Below are positions 61,413 through 64,000 of a stretch of DNA of 64,000 nucleotides, piece after piece (position 1 is the stretch's first letter; every line of letters begins with the position of its first letter). Source of the stretch: Podospora anserina (taxonomy: Eukaryota); NCBI GenBank assembly GCA_017654855.1, contig CM030332.1, forward strand, positions 7,192,001 through 7,256,000. Reading direction: 5' to 3'. Under the pieces are notes generated by a model. It did no database searches. It saw only the letters and a list, made by a program, of their open reading frames with translations, and had not been told where the DNA came from. A program made the position numbers and the translations under genes.

Positions 61413-63485
61413 ATGGCGCCTATGGTAAGGCATTTCTCTTTTCATTTATATTTGAAGACTCAAATCAACCTCCAAAACTGCCGAGATAAATCGAGCGATT
61501 GAGGACGTCCAGGCAAAAGATCTAGAAAGTTAATATGGACTTGTGGTTGCACCGAAACAGCAGTATAGGACGGCGGCGCAGACCAGAAGGGGAAACCGGG
61601 CTGGCGTGGTTGAACATGATGACTTTGAAGGTATGGCTCCCAACCCCTTTGGTGACATCACAGGTGGCTGATGAGTGTATTGTTTTTCAGGTCTCCCGGT
61701 TCGACAATGGACACGCGGCGAAGTCAACGTGGCCATGGGCCCTCCCCCTGACGACGATCAAAAGGACGATATTTGGGCGATAGAGTTGCCTTTCGGCATG
61801 CCCAAGGATACAGCACTCTTGCCGCCACATTCCCAGGAGCTTCTCAGGGCGATGAGGTCCGGTAGGGTGTATAAGCGGCCCCCGCCCGAGGACGAGGACG
61901 AGGACATCGATTTCGGGACCAAGGGCGACAAGAAGGAGCCTGAGGTGGGGAACGAGGGCTTCACTGTCAGAGCGTGGAAGCAGATGCCGAGGAATGCAGA
62001 GGTCCCCTCAGTCTCCCACTTGGCAAAAAGACACAAGGGCACCATCACACTGGCGAGTACTGCAAGTGTCGCTCATATACCGGGACCGACAATCACCAGG
62101 GCGACTGTGAGGAGGATCGATGCGGCAGGCAATCCGTATGAGCAGACGATCACATTGAGTGAAGGACAGCAAGTCGACGGTGAAATCATTCGCACGACGG
62201 TAATGCCTGCACCGGTTGCTGCGGCTGGCGAGGCGCTTGGGCAGCAGGCGACACCCGTCAAACGGAGACCACCGCCGCCTAAGAGGAAGGCCAAGGGGCC
62301 GGGCAGAGGAAGGAAGAAGGGAAGCGGGAAGATTGGTCAGTTGCCTTTGCCTGCCACCAGGTCACAGCAACAAGCAGCTGCTGGGGGCGAGGCTTTGGCT
62401 GAAGCCACGGTTGAGGGCGTACTCGGCGAGGGTCCACCAGGGGTAAGTTCTTACCATCCGCGGCCAGTCGGGTATCAGGTCGAGTGGCTAACAACGGGCA
62501 ACAGGTTGTCATTACGTCCGAGGAGAACGGCGATGCAGCAGGCCAGGACACCGAGATGGCCGACAACTCGGTCATTCCTTCCGATGAGGAGGACGGTGAC
62601 GAAGGGGACGAAGGCGACGAAGACGGTGAGGAGGAAGGTGGCGACGAAGAAGCCGGCGATGAAGAGTCAACAGCGACCCCTGAAGTGGGCAACGCTCCAA
62701 GTGATGTCGAGCAGGTTACAGAGCAAGCTCAAGGTCAGGATCAAGATCAAGAGATGCTCGGCTCAGACGCTTCGGAGGTTATCCGACCAAGCTCGATTGA
62801 GGAACCTGAAGACGAGCAGCTGCCTCGTCGCGCCACCCCCGAAGAGGAGGTCACAGTTTCCAGACCACGGTTCCAACTGGGTCCACAATTTAACTCTCCC
62901 CGCGCGGAAGGCAGTCCCCTCAAGAACGTCATGGTCGTGTCGCCCACCGAGCCAGCGACCGCGCCTGCTGCTGCCAGCTACCTCGACATCCAATCTACTA
63001 CCGTCTCCATGGACATTGACCTTGGAAACACTCAACCAAACATCCCTCTTCCATCCTCATTGGAAATATCAGCTACGGTGCAATCAGAAACAGCCGTTAC
63101 CTCTGAAACATCATCCGCTCCTAAGCCCAGCGCATCTACGCCCCCAATGGCAGATCAACAAGCTTCTGTGCCCGCAGAATCCATCTCTGAAGCTCTCACG
63201 ATGCCAGAAGAGCAGCCCCCGTTCTCGGCGCAGACAACCGAGCCTGTCACCGCACCCGAAGCTTCTGTTTCGCTTGAGGTCCCAACGCAAATCCCAGAGG
63301 TCTCTCTCCAGACATCAGCCTCTCCTACTCTTCCTACTGCTTCCGAACCCCCTCAGGCATCCGAAGCAGGTAGCCCCGATCTTTTAGGCAGTCTTGAGGC
63401 CGAGCTCGACAGGGAAATGTCACTCAACAATCGATCCCCGCCGCCTGGTGAGCAGGAAAAACCATCCGCAACAGAAGCCCAGTAG
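61413..63485 (+). CDS. Uncharacterised, probably nuclear protein with a short N-terminal motif region, a basic AT-hook/NLS-like patch and a long acidic Pro/Glu/Ser tail; exons 61413-61424, 61561-61630, 61691-62442, 62505-63485
   Basis: GT-AG introns join [34 protein letters not shown]... in frame; contains [14 protein letters not shown]; the last intron is GTAAGT...GCTAAC...CAG. The first exon is the least certain. Confidence 0.8.
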
Positions 63486-63638
63486 GATGGCCTCGATAAT
63501 GACGTCAAGAATACTGTCGACAAGCTGCTTGAGCTTGTTTGTAGTCGCGGTTTTCAGCCTGGGCTATGGTCGGCGACAATTGAGTTGTATGGGTACGGCA
63601 CCCGTGATTACCGGGGAGATTGCGATCCCTTTGGGGAC

Positions 63639-63692
63639 GATGATCCAATTGAGGAGGAGGATCCCATTGAGGAGGGGGATCCCATTGGGGAT
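63639..63692 (+). repeat. 18-bp tandem repeat x3 (consensus GAGGATCCCATTGAGGAG)
   Basis: gatgatccaattgaggag gaggatcccattgaggag ggggatcccattggggat. Confidence 0.85.
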
Positions 63693-63765
63693 GAGGCTAG
63701 TCGTGACTGGCCTGATCACGATACCACCGATCACGATACGGATGGTTCAGACGGATGGTTCAGAC

Positions 63766-63975
63766 GGAGGTGACCCAAACGGTGGTGGTCCAAATGGAGG
63801 TGATTCCGGTGGAGGTGATTCCGATGGAGGTGATTCCGATGGAGGTGATTCCGATGGAGGCGATCCAGACGGAGGTGATCTAGGCCGAGGTGATCCAAAC
63901 GGCGGTGGCCCAAACGGAGGTGGCCCAAATGGAGGTGGCCCCGACGGAGATGATCCAGATGGAGATGACCCTGAC
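63766..63975 (+). repeat. 15-bp minisatellite (about 14 units; GGAGGTGATTCCGAT / GGAGGTGGCCCAAAC) with coding-like third-position variation
   Basis: Units translate as GGDSD, GGDPN, GGGPN and GDDPD; many differences between units are synonymous (GGA/GGC/GGT, AAC/AAT, CCA/CCC/CCT). Confidence 0.9.
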
Positions 63976-64000
63976 CATTATGACGGCGACCGCTTTGATG

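Noticed and set aside
62443..63387. The ORF-track frame continues about 315 codons past the last intron donor, suggesting dual coding
   Set aside because: A canonical intron (62443-62504) moves translation to the acidic frame, and +1 frames of hydrophilic low-complexity CDS are commonly stop-poor
63731..63928. Minus-strand His/Leu/Arg repeat ORF (HLHRN)n
   Set aside because: An antisense reading of the 15-bp minisatellite; variation between units is non-synonymous in this frame
1..64000. tRNA, rRNA, CRISPR array, secondary-metabolite cluster or intact transposon
   Set aside because: I saw no cloverleaf with A/B boxes, no rRNA-like stretch, no repeat-spacer array and no PKS/NRPS or transposase ORF. 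This was by eye; tRNAscan-SE and Infernal were not run.

Overview
Intron-containing fungal genomic DNA. Introns are GT-AG, mostly 50-70 nt, with CTRAC/CTAAY branch points; the gene set and codon style suggest a Sordariomycete, probably Sordariales and Podospora-like (inference, not a database match). The window holds 20 well-supported protein-coding genes, mostly housekeeping: ATG29, NUP53, IVY1-like I-BAR protein, acyl-protein thioesterase, LigB-type dioxygenase, Tri12-like MFS pump, two ferric reductases, DAO-family FAD oxidoreductase, SDR, NC2-beta, a small mitochondrial membrane protein, ERF2, TYW3, MIC19, LEU4, KAP95, a Zn2Cys6 transcription factor, ISD11 and an uncharacterised acidic protein. 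I found no tRNA, rRNA, intact transposon or CRISPR. Best leads: (1) NC2-beta has a second, phase-compatible alternative first exon inside its unusually long first intron. (2) The uncharacterised last gene carries a BCL7/Rtt102-like two-tryptophan motif, and its UAG stop is followed by a long open in-frame acidic extension, a candidate for stop-loss A-to-I editing or readthrough. (3) A second ORF is split by a single UAG. (4) An out-of-frame, strong-context uORF overlaps ATG29. (5) Many genes flip from a C-rich 5' part to a G-rich 3' part. (6) The gene-poor first 3 kb holds a cluster of palindromic TGCGCGCA elements. All gene calls come from reading motifs by eye; no searches were run.
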